Positions 17,234 to 27,074 are shown, counted from the stretch's first letter. The stretch is DNA of 64,000 nucleotides from Clostridiales bacterium (GCA_022508345.1 JAFLVK010000001.1:164371-228370), one strand, 5' to 3'. Notes: generated from the sequence alone by a model not told the origin. Translations and numbers: made by a program.

Positions 17234-19294
17234 ATGAAAAGAGCAAAAGACAGTATAAGTTTTGCCGAAAACGTATTTGACGACGGCAAAATGAAAAAAT
17301 ACCTGCCAAAAAGTACATATAAGGCACTAATTTACGCCCGTGAAAACTACACGGAGCTGTTGCAAAAGGACAGAGACATATACGCAAACGCTGTGTGCCG
17401 TTGGGCTCTCAAAAAGGGCGTTACACGCTACACGCACTGGTTTCAGCCGCTAAACAACTACACCGCCGAAAAGCGCAACAGCCTGTACAGCGTTGATAAG
17501 GAGCGCAACGCCGTGGTCAAATTTCGCGGAAAGGAGCTTTCCATTGGCGAGGGGGATGCAAGCAGCTTCCCCAACGGCGGTATACGCCAAACATTTGAGG
17601 CAAGGGGAATTACGCACTGGGACTACACCTCCTACGCGTTTATCAAGGACGGTTGCCTGTGTATCCCCACTACGTTCAGCGGCAACAACGGCGAAATGCT
17701 GGACAAAAAAACGCCCCTGATCAACAGCTGCAAGGCGCTGGACATGCAGGCGGTGCGGGTGCTTAGGGCAATGGGTGAGAACGTAAAGCACGTGTACAGC
17801 GTTGTTGGCGCCGAACAGGAATACTTCCTCATTGACAAGGCACTGTACGAACGTCGAATTGATTTGATGTACACAGGTCGCACCATATTCGGGGCTGAGC
17901 CACCCAAGGGGCAGGAATTTGACGATCACTACTTCCGCCCGCCGAACAAACGCACGGACGAATTCATGAAATCGGTGGACGACGAGCTGTGGAAGCTGGG
18001 CATACTTGTGCGAACGGAGCACAATGAGGTAGCACCCCACCAGCATGAGCTTGCACCATGCTACACCAAGGCAAACCTTGCTTGCGACTACAATCAGCTT
18101 ACTATGGAAACGCTGAAAAGGGTGGCAAGCGAGCACGGCTTTGCCTGTTTGCTCCACGAAAAGCCATTTGCCTACGTAAACGGTAGCGGAAAGCACAACA
18201 ATTGGTCGTTACTTACGAACGGTGACGAAAATCTGCTGGAAATTGGCGATAATGAACGGCAAAACGCGCGATTTTTGCTGTTTTTGTCCGCTGTTATCAA
18301 GGCGGTGGACGACTACTCCGAGCTACTAATTGAAAGCGTAAGCACTCACGGAAACGACTGCCGTCTGGGCGGATACGAAGCTCCGCCAAAGGTGTTGACG
18401 GTGTTTTTGGGCGAACCGCTAACCAAAGCTATACAGTACGCAACAACATCGCGCAAATGGCGTTGCGGGCTTGACGCACTACCCACAATATCCATGGTGA
18501 CGGACAGAAACCGCACTTCGCCATTCGCATTTACGGGGAACAAATTTGAGTTCCGCACGGTGGGTTCGTCTGCGTCCATATCCGACGTCAACACGGTATT
18601 GAACACTGCCGTTGCAGAAAGCCTGCGAGTGTATGCCGACAGGTTGGAAAACAGCACCTGCGTGTGGCAGACGGTACACGAGCTAATCTGCGAAACATTT
18701 GCCAAGCACAAGCGTGTAATATTTGAGGGGGATAACTACTCGGATACCTGGGCAGAGGAGGCAAAGCGGCGCAATTTGAAAAACGTCTCCACCGTTGAAG
18801 CCATTGAAAACCTGTCCAACGCGCACAATGTAAACTTGTTGGAAAAGCACAATGTGTTGAGCCATCGCGAAGTGTTGGCGCGCCAGCAGGTGTTACTGCA
18901 AAACTACGTAAACACCGTCAACATCGAGGGTAATGTTGCGCTTAAAATGTATTCGAAGCAAATTGAGCCATGTGTGGAAAAATACGTCAAAGAGCTGACG
19001 GATATAATAACAAACAAAAGCAGCATAAACACTCCCTGTGAACTGGAGCTGAGCAAGGTTGACAAGCTTGCCAAGCTGTTGAAGCTGTGCAACGTAAGGA
19101 CCGCAGCGTTACGCAACCACCTGCAAAAGCTAAACACTTGCGAAAACACTTTGCAAAAGGCGCACTACTGCGAAAGTTACGTTTTGCCCGCACTCAGCAA
19201 CTTGCGCAAAAGCGTTGACAGGTTGGAGCGGCTAACTCCGCGGCATTATTGGGAGATACCCACCTACGGACAGTTGCTATTTGATGAAAAATAA
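17234..19294 (+). CDS. glnN: Glutamine synthetase, type III
   Basis: 686 aa. The N-terminal FAENVFDDGKMKKYLPKSTYKAL and WALKKGVTRYTHWFQPLNNYTAEKRN blocks are characteristic of GSIII. The catalytic region has NEVAPHQHELAP and NGSGKHNNWSL. Confidence 0.9.
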   Translation: MKRAKDSISFAENVFDDGKMKKYLPKSTYKALIYARENYTELLQKDRDIYANAVCRWALKKGVTRYTHWFQPLNNYTAEKRNSLYSVDKERNAVVKFRGKELSIGEGDASSFPNGGIRQTFEARGITHWDYTSYAFIKDGCLCIPTTFSGNNGEMLDKKTPLINSCKALDMQAVRVLRAMGENVKHVYSVVGAEQEYFLIDKALYERRIDLMYTGRTIFGAEPPKGQEFDDHYFRPPNKRTDEFMKSVDDELWKLGILVRTEHNEVAPHQHELAPCYTKANLACDYNQLTMETLKRVASEHGFACLLHEKPFAYVNGSGKHNNWSLLTNGDENLLEIGDNERQNARFLLFLSAVIKAVDDYSELLIESVSTHGNDCRLGGYEAPPKVLTVFLGEPLTKAIQYATTSRKWRCGLDALPTISMVTDRNRTSPFAFTGNKFEFRTVGSSASISDVNTVLNTAVAESLRVYADRLENSTCVWQTVHELICETFAKHKRVIFEGDNYSDTWAEEAKRRNLKNVSTVEAIENLSNAHNVNLLEKHNVLSHREVLARQQVLLQNYVNTVNIEGNVALKMYSKQIEPCVEKYVKELTDIITNKSSINTPCELELSKVDKLAKLLKLCNVRTAALRNHLQKLNTCENTLQKAHYCESYVLPALSNLRKSVDRLERLTPRHYWEIPTYGQLLFDEK

Positions 19295-19330
19295 GGCTGG
19301 ATTGTTTCCGTCGTCAAAAATATTGCAATA

Positions 19331-19366
19331 AAAAACTTCAAGTCGAAAATGACTTGAAGTTTTTTC
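19331..19366. terminator. Bidirectional Rho-independent terminator
   Basis: acttcaagtc / gacttgaagt 10-bp stem, 6-nt loop, A5 before and T5 after. It lies between convergent glnN and the LRR giant gene. Confidence 0.85.
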
Positions 19367-19387
19367 ATTATTTTTAATATTTCAATC

Positions 19388-22300
19388 TTACGTGCGACTC
19401 CACGAGCGTTCTGCATAAGTGACTGTGAGTAGCTGAGCAGCGTGTTCTGCGTCGAGAAGCTCAGTCTCGCTTAACAGTCTGTCATCACCCAAAGGATAAG
19501 TTCTATTCGCAATCCAACCTTTTGCATTTACGAAGGTGACTTCCTTTAGATTAGTGCAACCTCCAAAAGTCCCGGAACCAATGCGAGTAACATTTTCGGG
19601 AATGGTAATCGCCGTCAAGCTTGTGCAACCGTTAAATGCCGAGTAATTGATTGTCTCCAACGAATCGGGCAATTGCACATTCTTCAGCTCCTTGCAACCG
19701 TAAAACATAGTATTGGGAATTACCTTGACCTTGTCGCCGAAAACTACTTTTGTCAGGTTTGTAGCGGACGAAAAGCTTACAGAAGAGGTCAATTCTATTA
19801 CATTCCAGTTCACTAGGTAAATGTTGGTGCATCTGTTAAAAGCATCTCTACCAATGTACGTTACGTTCTCGTGGATGGTAATAACGGACAGTTGACTGCA
19901 CCCGGAAAAGGCACTGTCGCCAATTGTGGTAATGTTATCGGGCACGGTATATTCGGTTACGTTACTACCTGCGTACATATACGCGGGAAGCTCCGTTTGT
20001 CCGTGGAAAATAACATTGAAGTTTCCGCATTTGTAGAAAGCGCTGCCGTCCAGCGTGCAATCGAACGGATACCATTCGACAGTTTGAAGATTAGTGTTGC
20101 TGCCAAATGCGCTACTTTTCAGCACCTTCATACTTGAAGGTATCACTATCCTTTCCAGGTCGTTGGAAGAAAAGGCGGTTGCGTTTACTGTTTCTATGCC
20201 TTCGGGCAACTCAAGAATCCTGATATTTGCCCACCAAAATGCTCTTTCGTCAATGCTGTTTAACTTGCTACCCGAAGCAAACGTCAAGACACTCAAACTG
20301 CTACAATCGCTAAACGCGTATTCGCCTATGGTTTGTACGTCTGCGGGAATTTCAATATTTGTTACTCCACTTTTGTAAAAACAGTACGTCGGTATCTCCG
20401 TCAAATGAGCAGGCAAATTTATTTCGGTCAGCACGTCGCAATAGGCAAAAGCATACCAGCCAAATGTAGTAATGCCGTCGGGTAGCTCCACTCGTGTGAG
20501 GTTGGAACAGTGTGAAAATGTGTAGCTGCCTATTTCTTTCACACCGCTAGGTATACTGATAGATTCAATTGCGCTGTAATAGAAAGCGCTGTTGCCAATG
20601 ATATTTACGGTGCTGGGTAACGTGATACTCAACAGGCTGTCACAGTGAGCAAATGCCCCACTGTTTATGATACGCAGTCCGTCCGAAAGCGTTACTTGAG
20701 ATAGCGACGTGCAGTTGCTAAATGCACTTGCGCCAATATGAGTGATATTGCTTGGAATGGTTACGCTTACAAGATTTTCCAAATACTCAAATGCCTTACT
20801 AGGAATGGATGGAATGTCCTCGCCTATCACCAACGTCGTAAGCGCTGTGCAACCTTCGAAAATAGTGTCACCAATTACGCACTGCGAGTTGTTCCAATGC
20901 AAGGTGGATATATTAGTACAATTTTTGAATACACCTTTACCCAGGCTTTGCAAAGTGTTGGGTATAGTAAGCGAAGTGAGACCTGTGCAGCCTTCGAAAG
21001 CGGAACTTCCCACAGTCACAACATTGTTCCATTCAATTTCCGTCAAGCCACTGTTTATAAAAGCCGACTCGCCGATTTCCGTAACGCTATTGGGGAATTG
21101 TATGCTAAGTAAGCCCGTTGTATCCTTAAATACTTGTTCCCCTATCGATGCAAGCTTGATGTCTGCATCAAACAATATATTATTGAGGCTACTGCACCCG
21201 TCAAAGGCTTTAGCGCCAATGGAAGTTACGCTTGCAGGGATGTAAATTTGAGCAAGATTGGTACATTCTGCAAAGGCATACTCACCTATCGTGGTTGTTT
21301 TGTTAAGAACGATACTTTCGAGCATGTCGAACTCGTTAAATGCGCAGTAATGCACTTCGCCACCGGTAACGGTAACCGACCGCAAACTACCGGGAACTGT
21401 ATGCAATCTCATGTTGCTTCCCGTGCCGTCTGCCCTGCGATAGTATCCGCGTACTATCGTGCTTCCCTCAAAGGAAGGACCGTTAAATATGTAACCAAAC
21501 GGATACAGGTAATCCTTAGTACCGTAGCTTGCATACGCGCCTATAAATGGGACGGTAATGCTCTCCAATTGGCTACAGCCGTTGAATGCGCCCTCGTTGA
21601 TAGCGGTTACGTAATCGGGAACAATAATTTCGGTAACGGTTTTGTCATAGATACCCGTTATTGTACAAGTGTTTATTGTTGAAGTAAAGCGGAACAGTTG
21701 CAGCTCCTCATTAGCCTGCCACTTTGCAGTGTAAGTAGCGTTGTTTTCCGTCAGCTTAATAGTATAGGTGGATTGATTGGATAGCAATGTATCGCCGTCA
21801 AACCAACCCAGGAACTTGTAGCCCATGTACGTAGTTACACTGAGTATAGTGCTGTCGCCCACCTTGTATTTGCCGCTTAGTCCGTTGATTACACCTGCAC
21901 CGCTGATGTTTGTTGCAACGGTTACCTTGGACCACTTGGCAGTAAGAGACCTGCCTAAACCCATTGTAAAGGTGTAGCTTTGATTGTCCGTAAGCTTGGT
22001 GTTGCCGTCAAACCAGCCCACCCAGGTGTAGCCTGCGTTGGTGCTTGCCGTTACCGTTACACTGCTTTCGTAAGCGTGCTTGCCGGCTCCCGTTACACTA
22101 CCTGCGCTTGTATCACTGCGAGTGATTGTCACGTCGTAGTTATTTGCTTGCCAACGCGCGGCCAGCTGCGCGTTTTGTGCTGTTGACCATGTTGAAAGGC
22201 TTGCTCCGTTTGCGCCTGTGAGCTGATTGTTGCCCGCATACCAACCCAAAAAGGAATATCCCGTGCGCGTGGGTACAGGCAACGTAAAGGAACTGCCGTA

Positions 22301-22942
22301 GGTTAGTTCATATTCCGTTTTGCTCAGCTGGTTTCCGCCGTTAACACTAAGTGATACGGCGTACTTGTTTCCCGTTTTGTCGGCATAAAGGGAGATAGGT
22401 TCCCACAGCGTTTCTGTGGTGAATGGCTTGCCCGTTGCGTCTACCCATCGGTTGAAGGTGTACCCCTCAAGGGTAGGCTGATAGCTTGCTGTGTACTCCA
22501 CGCCCGTTTGGCATGTATCGATGTACAGCAATATGCTACCGTCGTAGTAATGTATGGTGATTTCACTGTTACGGTAAATGATAAGGGTGTAGGTAAGCGA
22601 ATCGTTGGTAATGTAGCTTGTAACAACGATGTAGTAGATGTTTTCTCCCTCTCCTACAGGGGCAACCTTGCTTGCAATTTCCCGCTGTCCGTATTCGTCA
22701 TCGGCGCAAAGCTTCCAAGTACAACCCACGCCGCACTTTACCTTATCTGAAAGATCGACAGTTTTCACATTGCCGTAAACGTGCATTGTGAATTCATTGC
22801 CCGATCTCGTTGCGCCTTTAATTGACGAAATACCGTCCTTTAAATGCAAAGGCGAATTGTTACATGCAATCAAAAGAGTTGCCGTCAATGTCAGCATTAC
22901 GGCAAGCACCAATATCAACAATTTTTGTTTCGTTTTGTTCAT
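19388..22942 (-). CDS. Giant surface lipoprotein: Listeria-Bacteroides (InlB B-repeat-like) repeats plus a long BspA-type LRR array
   Basis: Lipobox LLIACN. Repeats GYTFNRWVDATG, GYSFLGWYAGNNQL, GYTWVGWFDGN and GYKFLGWFDGD. Then more than 20 units of IP..VT.IG..AF..C..L..I. Confidence 0.88.
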   Translation of the reverse strand: MNKTKQKLLILVLAVMLTLTATLLIACNNSPLHLKDGISSIKGATRSGNEFTMHVYGNVKTVDLSDKVKCGVGCTWKLCADDEYGQREIASKVAPVGEGENIYYIVVTSYITNDSLTYTLIIYRNSEITIHYYDGSILLYIDTCQTGVEYTASYQPTLEGYTFNRWVDATGKPFTTETLWEPISLYADKTGNKYAVSLSVNGGNQLSKTEYELTYGSSFTLPVPTRTGYSFLGWYAGNNQLTGANGASLSTWSTAQNAQLAARWQANNYDVTITRSDTSAGSVTGAGKHAYESSVTVTASTNAGYTWVGWFDGNTKLTDNQSYTFTMGLGRSLTAKWSKVTVATNISGAGVINGLSGKYKVGDSTILSVTTYMGYKFLGWFDGDTLLSNQSTYTIKLTENNATYTAKWQANEELQLFRFTSTINTCTITGIYDKTVTEIIVPDYVTAINEGAFNGCSQLESITVPFIGAYASYGTKDYLYPFGYIFNGPSFEGSTIVRGYYRRADGTGSNMRLHTVPGSLRSVTVTGGEVHYCAFNEFDMLESIVLNKTTTIGEYAFAECTNLAQIYIPASVTSIGAKAFDGCSSLNNILFDADIKLASIGEQVFKDTTGLLSIQFPNSVTEIGESAFINSGLTEIEWNNVVTVGSSAFEGCTGLTSLTIPNTLQSLGKGVFKNCTNISTLHWNNSQCVIGDTIFEGCTALTTLVIGEDIPSIPSKAFEYLENLVSVTIPSNITHIGASAFSNCTSLSQVTLSDGLRIINSGAFAHCDSLLSITLPSTVNIIGNSAFYYSAIESISIPSGVKEIGSYTFSHCSNLTRVELPDGITTFGWYAFAYCDVLTEINLPAHLTEIPTYCFYKSGVTNIEIPADVQTIGEYAFSDCSSLSVLTFASGSKLNSIDERAFWWANIRILELPEGIETVNATAFSSNDLERIVIPSSMKVLKSSAFGSNTNLQTVEWYPFDCTLDGSAFYKCGNFNVIFHGQTELPAYMYAGSNVTEYTVPDNITTIGDSAFSGCSQLSVITIHENVTYIGRDAFNRCTNIYLVNWNVIELTSSVSFSSATNLTKVVFGDKVKVIPNTMFYGCKELKNVQLPDSLETINYSAFNGCTSLTAITIPENVTRIGSGTFGGCTNLKEVTFVNAKGWIANRTYPLGDDRLLSETELLDAEHAAQLLTVTYAERSWSRT

Positions 22943-23037
22943 AGCTATCCTTTGAATAAAGTTTATAGATATATTGTACTATGATTTTGTCAAACTTGCA
23001 ATATATTTTAATGAAAATATAGTCATAATTATGAATA

Positions 23038-23066
23038 TTGTCAATTTTTTGACAACAAAATATAAT
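23038..23066 (+). promoter_or_regulatory. Promoter TTGTCA-17-TATAAT with overlapping palindrome; implies a leaderless mRNA for the small HTH gene
   Basis: TTGTCA (23038-23043), 17-nt spacer, TATAAT (23061-23066). The ATG at 23074 is 7 nt after the -10 and has no Shine-Dalgarno. The inverted repeat ttgtcaa-tttt-ttgacaa (23038-23055) covers the -35 and spacer. Confidence 0.45.
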
Positions 23067-23073
23067 TATTGAT

Positions 23074-23277
23074 ATGATAAGTTACGAACCATTTTGGAAA
23101 ACGCTCAAGGAAAAGGGCGAAAGTACGTACACGCTTATAACCAAGCATCATATAAGCAGTGCCACCATTGACAGAATGAAAAAGGGCAACGGAATAAGCA
23201 CAGCTAAGGTGGATGATTTTTGCAGAATACTCAATTGCCGAGTTGAAGATATAATAGAATACAAGAAAAATGACTAA
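23074..23277 (+). CDS. Small XRE/Cro-like HTH DNA-binding protein
   Basis: 67 aa. TLITKHHISSATIDRMKKGNGISTAKVDDFCRILNCRVEDII matches the short HTH_26-type transcription regulators. Confidence 0.75.
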   Translation: MISYEPFWKTLKEKGESTYTLITKHHISSATIDRMKKGNGISTAKVDDFCRILNCRVEDIIEYKKND

Positions 23278-23301
23278 CGCGACTGCAAATGCAGTCGCGT
23301 T
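23277..23301. terminator. Hairpin terminator shared by convergent HTH gene and alaS
   Basis: acgcgactgc / gcagtcgcgt 10-bp stem with loop aaat. It overlaps the HTH stop codon and lies about 50 nt downstream of the alaS stop. Confidence 0.6.
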
Positions 23302-23332
23302 TAATTATAGTTACATTTCTATTTATAAGGGT

Positions 23333-23356
23333 AACAAAGTATTGCGAAGCTTATCA
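23333..23356 (-). repeat. 24-nt sequence identical to 11801-11824, spanning the alaS tandem stop codons
   Basis: aacaaagtattgcgaagcttatca on the + strand. Flanks diverge immediately on both sides. Confidence 0.8.
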
Positions 23357-25141
23357 CCGTCTCAACTCGGCTTTAATGCGGCGCACACCGCTCGACGACG
23401 ACTGTTCCTTGGTAATGACAAAATGTCCAAGCTCTTCGGTGTTGTTTGCGTGCGGTCCACCGCATATTTCCTTGCTGAAGTCACCCATTGTGTACACCTT
23501 GACAACTTCGCCGTATCTGTCTCCGAACAAGCCGATTGCGCCTGTTTTGCGAGCGTCCTCGATTGGCATTTCTTCGCAGGTGATGGGTAGCTTGCGTGCA
23601 ATTGCGTCGTTTACCAAGCGTTCCGTTTCAGCAATTTCTTCCGCAGTCATGGGGCGTCCGAAGCTGAAGTCGAAGCGCAAACGCTCGGGTGTGATATTGC
23701 TGCCCTTTTGCTTTACTTCGTCGCCAAGCACCTTGCGCAATGCCGCTTGGAGCAAATGGGTTGCCGTGTGTAGGTGGGTTGTTTCCAAGCCGCCGCCTTC
23801 TGCCATGCCGCCCTTGAAGCGTTGTTCGCTACCTGCGTGAGACTTAGCCTGGTGCTCGGCAAACTTTTGCTTGAAGCCCTCAACGTCCACTTCGTAGCCG
23901 TTTTCAGCGGCAAGCTCCACTGTCATTTCCACAGGGAAACCGAACGTGTCGTACAATTTGAAAGCCGTACCACCGGGCACCACCTTGCCGGGGATGTGCG
24001 AAATAACCTTGAAAAATTCCTTTTCGCCGGCAACCAATGTCTTGGTGAACTTTTCCTCTTCCTTGATTAGTTCGTCCACAATTTTTGCTGCGTTATCCTT
24101 GAGTTCGGTGTAAACGTCTTGGTACACGTCAATGTACACCTTGGCAATTTCCGCTATTGCGCCCTTGCTCATTTCAAGGGAGTTAGCCATGCGAACGGCT
24201 CTGCGAATGAGCCTGCGGAGCACGTAACCTTGGTCTACATTGCTGGGCACTACACCCACGGGGTCGCCCAAAAGGAATGTTGCCGTACGAACGTGGTCGG
24301 CAATGATACGCATAGCCTTGGTGGTTTTCACATCTGCGCCGTACTTTTTGCCCGACAGCTCCTGAATCTTTGCAAGTGCACCTTGGAACAAATCGATATC
24401 GTAAACGGATTTCATGCCGTTAAGCACGCACACCGTACGCTCCAAGCCCATGCCTGTGTCAACATTCTTTTGTTGAAGTGGCAGATACGTTCCGTCAGCT
24501 TGACGGTTAAATTGCATAAATACGTTGTTCCATATTTCCAGGTATTTGCCACAGTCGCAGGACGGATCGCAGTGGTCGCTGCATTTCGGCTTGCCCGTAT
24601 CCCAAAAGATTTCCGTATCCGGTCCGCAAGGTCCCGTTATGCCTGCTATCCACCAGTTGTTCTTCTTGGGAAGGTAAAAAATACGTTCCTTGGGGATACC
24701 GCACTGTTCCCAAACCTTTGCGGAGTCGGTATCTCTCGGCGCATCGTCGTCGCCTGCAAAAACTGTTACGGAAATACGGTTTTTATCCAAGCCAAGATAC
24801 TTTTTGCTTGTCAAAAATTCGTAGCTCCACTGTATGGACTCGTGATTGAAGTAATCGCCAAGCGACCAGTTGCCCAGCATTTCGAAAAACGTCAAGTGGC
24901 TGTCGTCGCCCACTTCTTCAATGTCGCCCGTACGCACGCACTTCTGCACGTCGGTGAGGCGCGTTCCTGCAGGGTGCTTTTGTCCCAGCAGATACGGAAT
25001 AAGTGGGTGCATGCCTGCCGTCGTAAACAAAACGGACGGGTCGTTTTCGGGAATGAGGCTTGCCGACTTGATAACAGCGTGCCCCCTGTCCTTAAAGAAA
25101 TTCAAAAATTTTTCTCTCAAAAATTGTGATGTGATATTCAT
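23354..25141 (-). CDS. alaS: Alanine--tRNA ligase, short form (catalytic + tRNA-recognition + editing domains, no C-Ala domain)
   Basis: N-terminus FLNFFKDRGHAVIKSASLIPENDPSVLFTTAGM, FFEMLGNWSLGDYF. Editing-domain zinc ligands HTATHLLQAAL and ICGGPHANNT. The ORF ends about 20 aa after the editing core at 595 aa, whereas typical bacterial AlaRS is about 870-880 aa. Confidence 0.88.
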   Translation of the reverse strand: MNITSQFLREKFLNFFKDRGHAVIKSASLIPENDPSVLFTTAGMHPLIPYLLGQKHPAGTRLTDVQKCVRTGDIEEVGDDSHLTFFEMLGNWSLGDYFNHESIQWSYEFLTSKKYLGLDKNRISVTVFAGDDDAPRDTDSAKVWEQCGIPKERIFYLPKKNNWWIAGITGPCGPDTEIFWDTGKPKCSDHCDPSCDCGKYLEIWNNVFMQFNRQADGTYLPLQQKNVDTGMGLERTVCVLNGMKSVYDIDLFQGALAKIQELSGKKYGADVKTTKAMRIIADHVRTATFLLGDPVGVVPSNVDQGYVLRRLIRRAVRMANSLEMSKGAIAEIAKVYIDVYQDVYTELKDNAAKIVDELIKEEEKFTKTLVAGEKEFFKVISHIPGKVVPGGTAFKLYDTFGFPVEMTVELAAENGYEVDVEGFKQKFAEHQAKSHAGSEQRFKGGMAEGGGLETTHLHTATHLLQAALRKVLGDEVKQKGSNITPERLRFDFSFGRPMTAEEIAETERLVNDAIARKLPITCEEMPIEDARKTGAIGLFGDRYGEVVKVYTMGDFSKEICGGPHANNTEELGHFVITKEQSSSSGVRRIKAELRR

Positions 25142-25212
25142 AAGACCTCTTCATTAAGAAAGACCAAGGCTCTTGGTCTTTCGGTTTTGCTATTGTAAAT
25201 TGTTGTATTTAA

Positions 25213-26226
25213 CTACGCCTTCTCTTTGAGCTGCTTAGCCTTGGCGCACAGTGAGAAAAGATAGAAGAACCAGAAATACACGGGGATTGCCCAGATTGCA
25301 AGTCCCAGCGATGTATCTTCAGGCAGTATGAACCAGCCGGCAACCGTGGACATAAATCCATCGGGCACGCTTACATACTTGAACAGCGTCATTAAGCCCA
25401 CAACAACCGTTGCAACGATGGCAACAATCATGAAGTACAAGTTCATCTTCTTGGAGCGTTTCGTAGTGAAGATACGTACAATAACTACAATCAAATGCAC
25501 CAGCAACGTAAATACCGCAAGAAGCACAAGCACACCTATCATAAAGCCTGCAACGCCATTGGCAAACAATGCTTCACCGATAGCAGCGCCGCCTACAACA
25601 GCCATGATGTTGCTTACAAGCGCAAATAATGTTTCGTAGCCGTAGGTGGTTGTATCAACGCTTCCGCCATTGGTAAAACCGCCGTCAATGCCCACCAAAA
25701 CGCTTGGACGTGCTTGGTACGGTGCTACAATGTAATACGCAAACAGCAACAGGAAAACAAGCGCTGCAATTGCCCAACCGCGGCCGCCTTTGGTGCTGTA
25801 CACCTTTTCAACCTTTTCTTTCTTTTGCTTTTTCTTTTCGGGCTTGTCAGCTTTGGCTTGGTCTTGCACTTGGGAATTTGCGGAAGTCTGCTCATCCTTC
25901 AATACAGACACATCTACAGCGTGCTCGGTACTGGGAATTGTTTGTTGATAAGTAACAAATGAGTAGCCGCATTCGCAAATTGCTTTGTCTCCGCTCACTT
26001 CTTTGCCGCATCTTGGGCAAAGCTTAGTTTCCGAACCCACCTTGAGGGTCGTGCCACAGTTACGGCAGAAGTTAGCCATAGGCGTGTTGTGTGTATGACA
26101 CTTGTGACATACCACGGGCTCTTCGGGAACCTTGAGTTGTCCGCCACATCTACTGCAATATTTGGCGTTCAATGCGTTGGAGTTACCACAACGCGGACAT
26201 ATATTGAAACTGTTGGAACTGTTCAT
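25213..26226 (-). CDS. Zinc-ribbon array protein with C-terminal polytopic membrane domain
   Basis: Four CxxC...CxxC ribbons (CPRCGNS..CSRCG, CHKCH..CRNCG, CPRCG..CECG), a Lys-rich linker, then 5-6 TM helices. Start set at ATG 26226 after AAGGAGAA. Confidence 0.75.
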   Translation of the reverse strand: MNSSNSFNICPRCGNSNALNAKYCSRCGGQLKVPEEPVVCHKCHTHNTPMANFCRNCGTTLKVGSETKLCPRCGKEVSGDKAICECGYSFVTYQQTIPSTEHAVDVSVLKDEQTSANSQVQDQAKADKPEKKKQKKEKVEKVYSTKGGRGWAIAALVFLLLFAYYIVAPYQARPSVLVGIDGGFTNGGSVDTTTYGYETLFALVSNIMAVVGGAAIGEALFANGVAGFMIGVLVLLAVFTLLVHLIVVIVRIFTTKRSKKMNLYFMIVAIVATVVVGLMTLFKYVSVPDGFMSTVAGWFILPEDTSLGLAIWAIPVYFWFFYLFSLCAKAKQLKEKA

Positions 26227-26237
26227 AACCGTTCTCC

Positions 26238-27074
26238 TTATTTTTGTCGTTTTTGTCCGCAGTTGGAACAAAACGAATCTTCGTGTTCATTGGCGTGTTG
26301 ACAGAAAGGACACGTCCATTTTTCTATTTTGTCGGGTGTTTCACCCTCAAATGACCAACGGCACTTTGAGCAGAACTGGCTTTCCGCCGAGTTCTCCGTA
26401 CCGCAGTTGGGGCAGTACTTCTTGGGAGCGTCTACTTCCAGCTTCAAGCCACAGTTTACGCAGAAGGGTTCACCCGGCTCATTCAATGTGCCGCAATTGG
26501 AACAAATGAGCTGCTTGCCGTTCAACCCCTCAAGGTACACCTGCCTGATGGTAATCTCCCCAAGGTTTTCGCTTTCGTGCGTTACGTGCAGCTGCTCCGT
26601 ATCGGCGTGCGCAAGAGAGCTAAAGCAGTAGGAACACAGGCTTGTGTCCAGCTTGTTGAGCTTGCCGCAGTGTGGGCACACCTTGCGCTCTACTACGCGC
26701 CTGGAGTGTAAATTTGCAACGCTTACTCCGCACTTGGGGCAAAAGATTGCCGTAATGGGCACCATCGTTCCGCAATGAGGGCAGCGCGCCATTTCGGACG
26801 GAATTGACGTCAGCCCTGTGTCGAATACCCCCGACAGCTCCTGCTTGATGTCCACGGGAACGGGTGTGTATCCGGCGCTTTGCGGTGCTTCGCGAGTGGA
26901 AGTATCTCTTAGCCTTGTGCCGCAGTTGATGCAGTGAGAAAAGGACTTGTCGTTTAGTGCGCCGCAATTGGGACAGGCAATTTCGTCCTGCAATATGAAG
27001 TTGGATTGACCGCAGTTACAACAATACGACGAATCGTTAGTGTTGATTTCTCCGCAGTGTTTACATACTTTCAT
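26238..27074 (-). CDS. Multi-zinc-ribbon (DZR-like) protein
   Basis: 278 aa consisting almost entirely of 10 or more CxxC pairs (CKHCG, CCNCG, CPNCG, CINCG, CPHCG, CPKCG and others). No other domain is evident. Confidence 0.7.
   Translation of the reverse strand: MKVCKHCGEINTNDSSYCCNCGQSNFILQDEIACPNCGALNDKSFSHCINCGTRLRDTSTREAPQSAGYTPVPVDIKQELSGVFDTGLTSIPSEMARCPHCGTMVPITAIFCPKCGVSVANLHSRRVVERKVCPHCGKLNKLDTSLCSYCFSSLAHADTEQLHVTHESENLGEITIRQVYLEGLNGKQLICSNCGTLNEPGEPFCVNCGLKLEVDAPKKYCPNCGTENSAESQFCSKCRWSFEGETPDKIEKWTCPFCQHANEHEDSFCSNCGQKRQK

Noticed and set aside
24119-25129. 336-aa plus-strand ORF
   Set aside because: Antisense to alaS, whose product has strong family motifs. The same reasoning applies to 27407-28246 (antisense to glnS), 17450-18196 (glnN), 40933-41658 (substrate-binding protein) and 37138-37890 (esterase).
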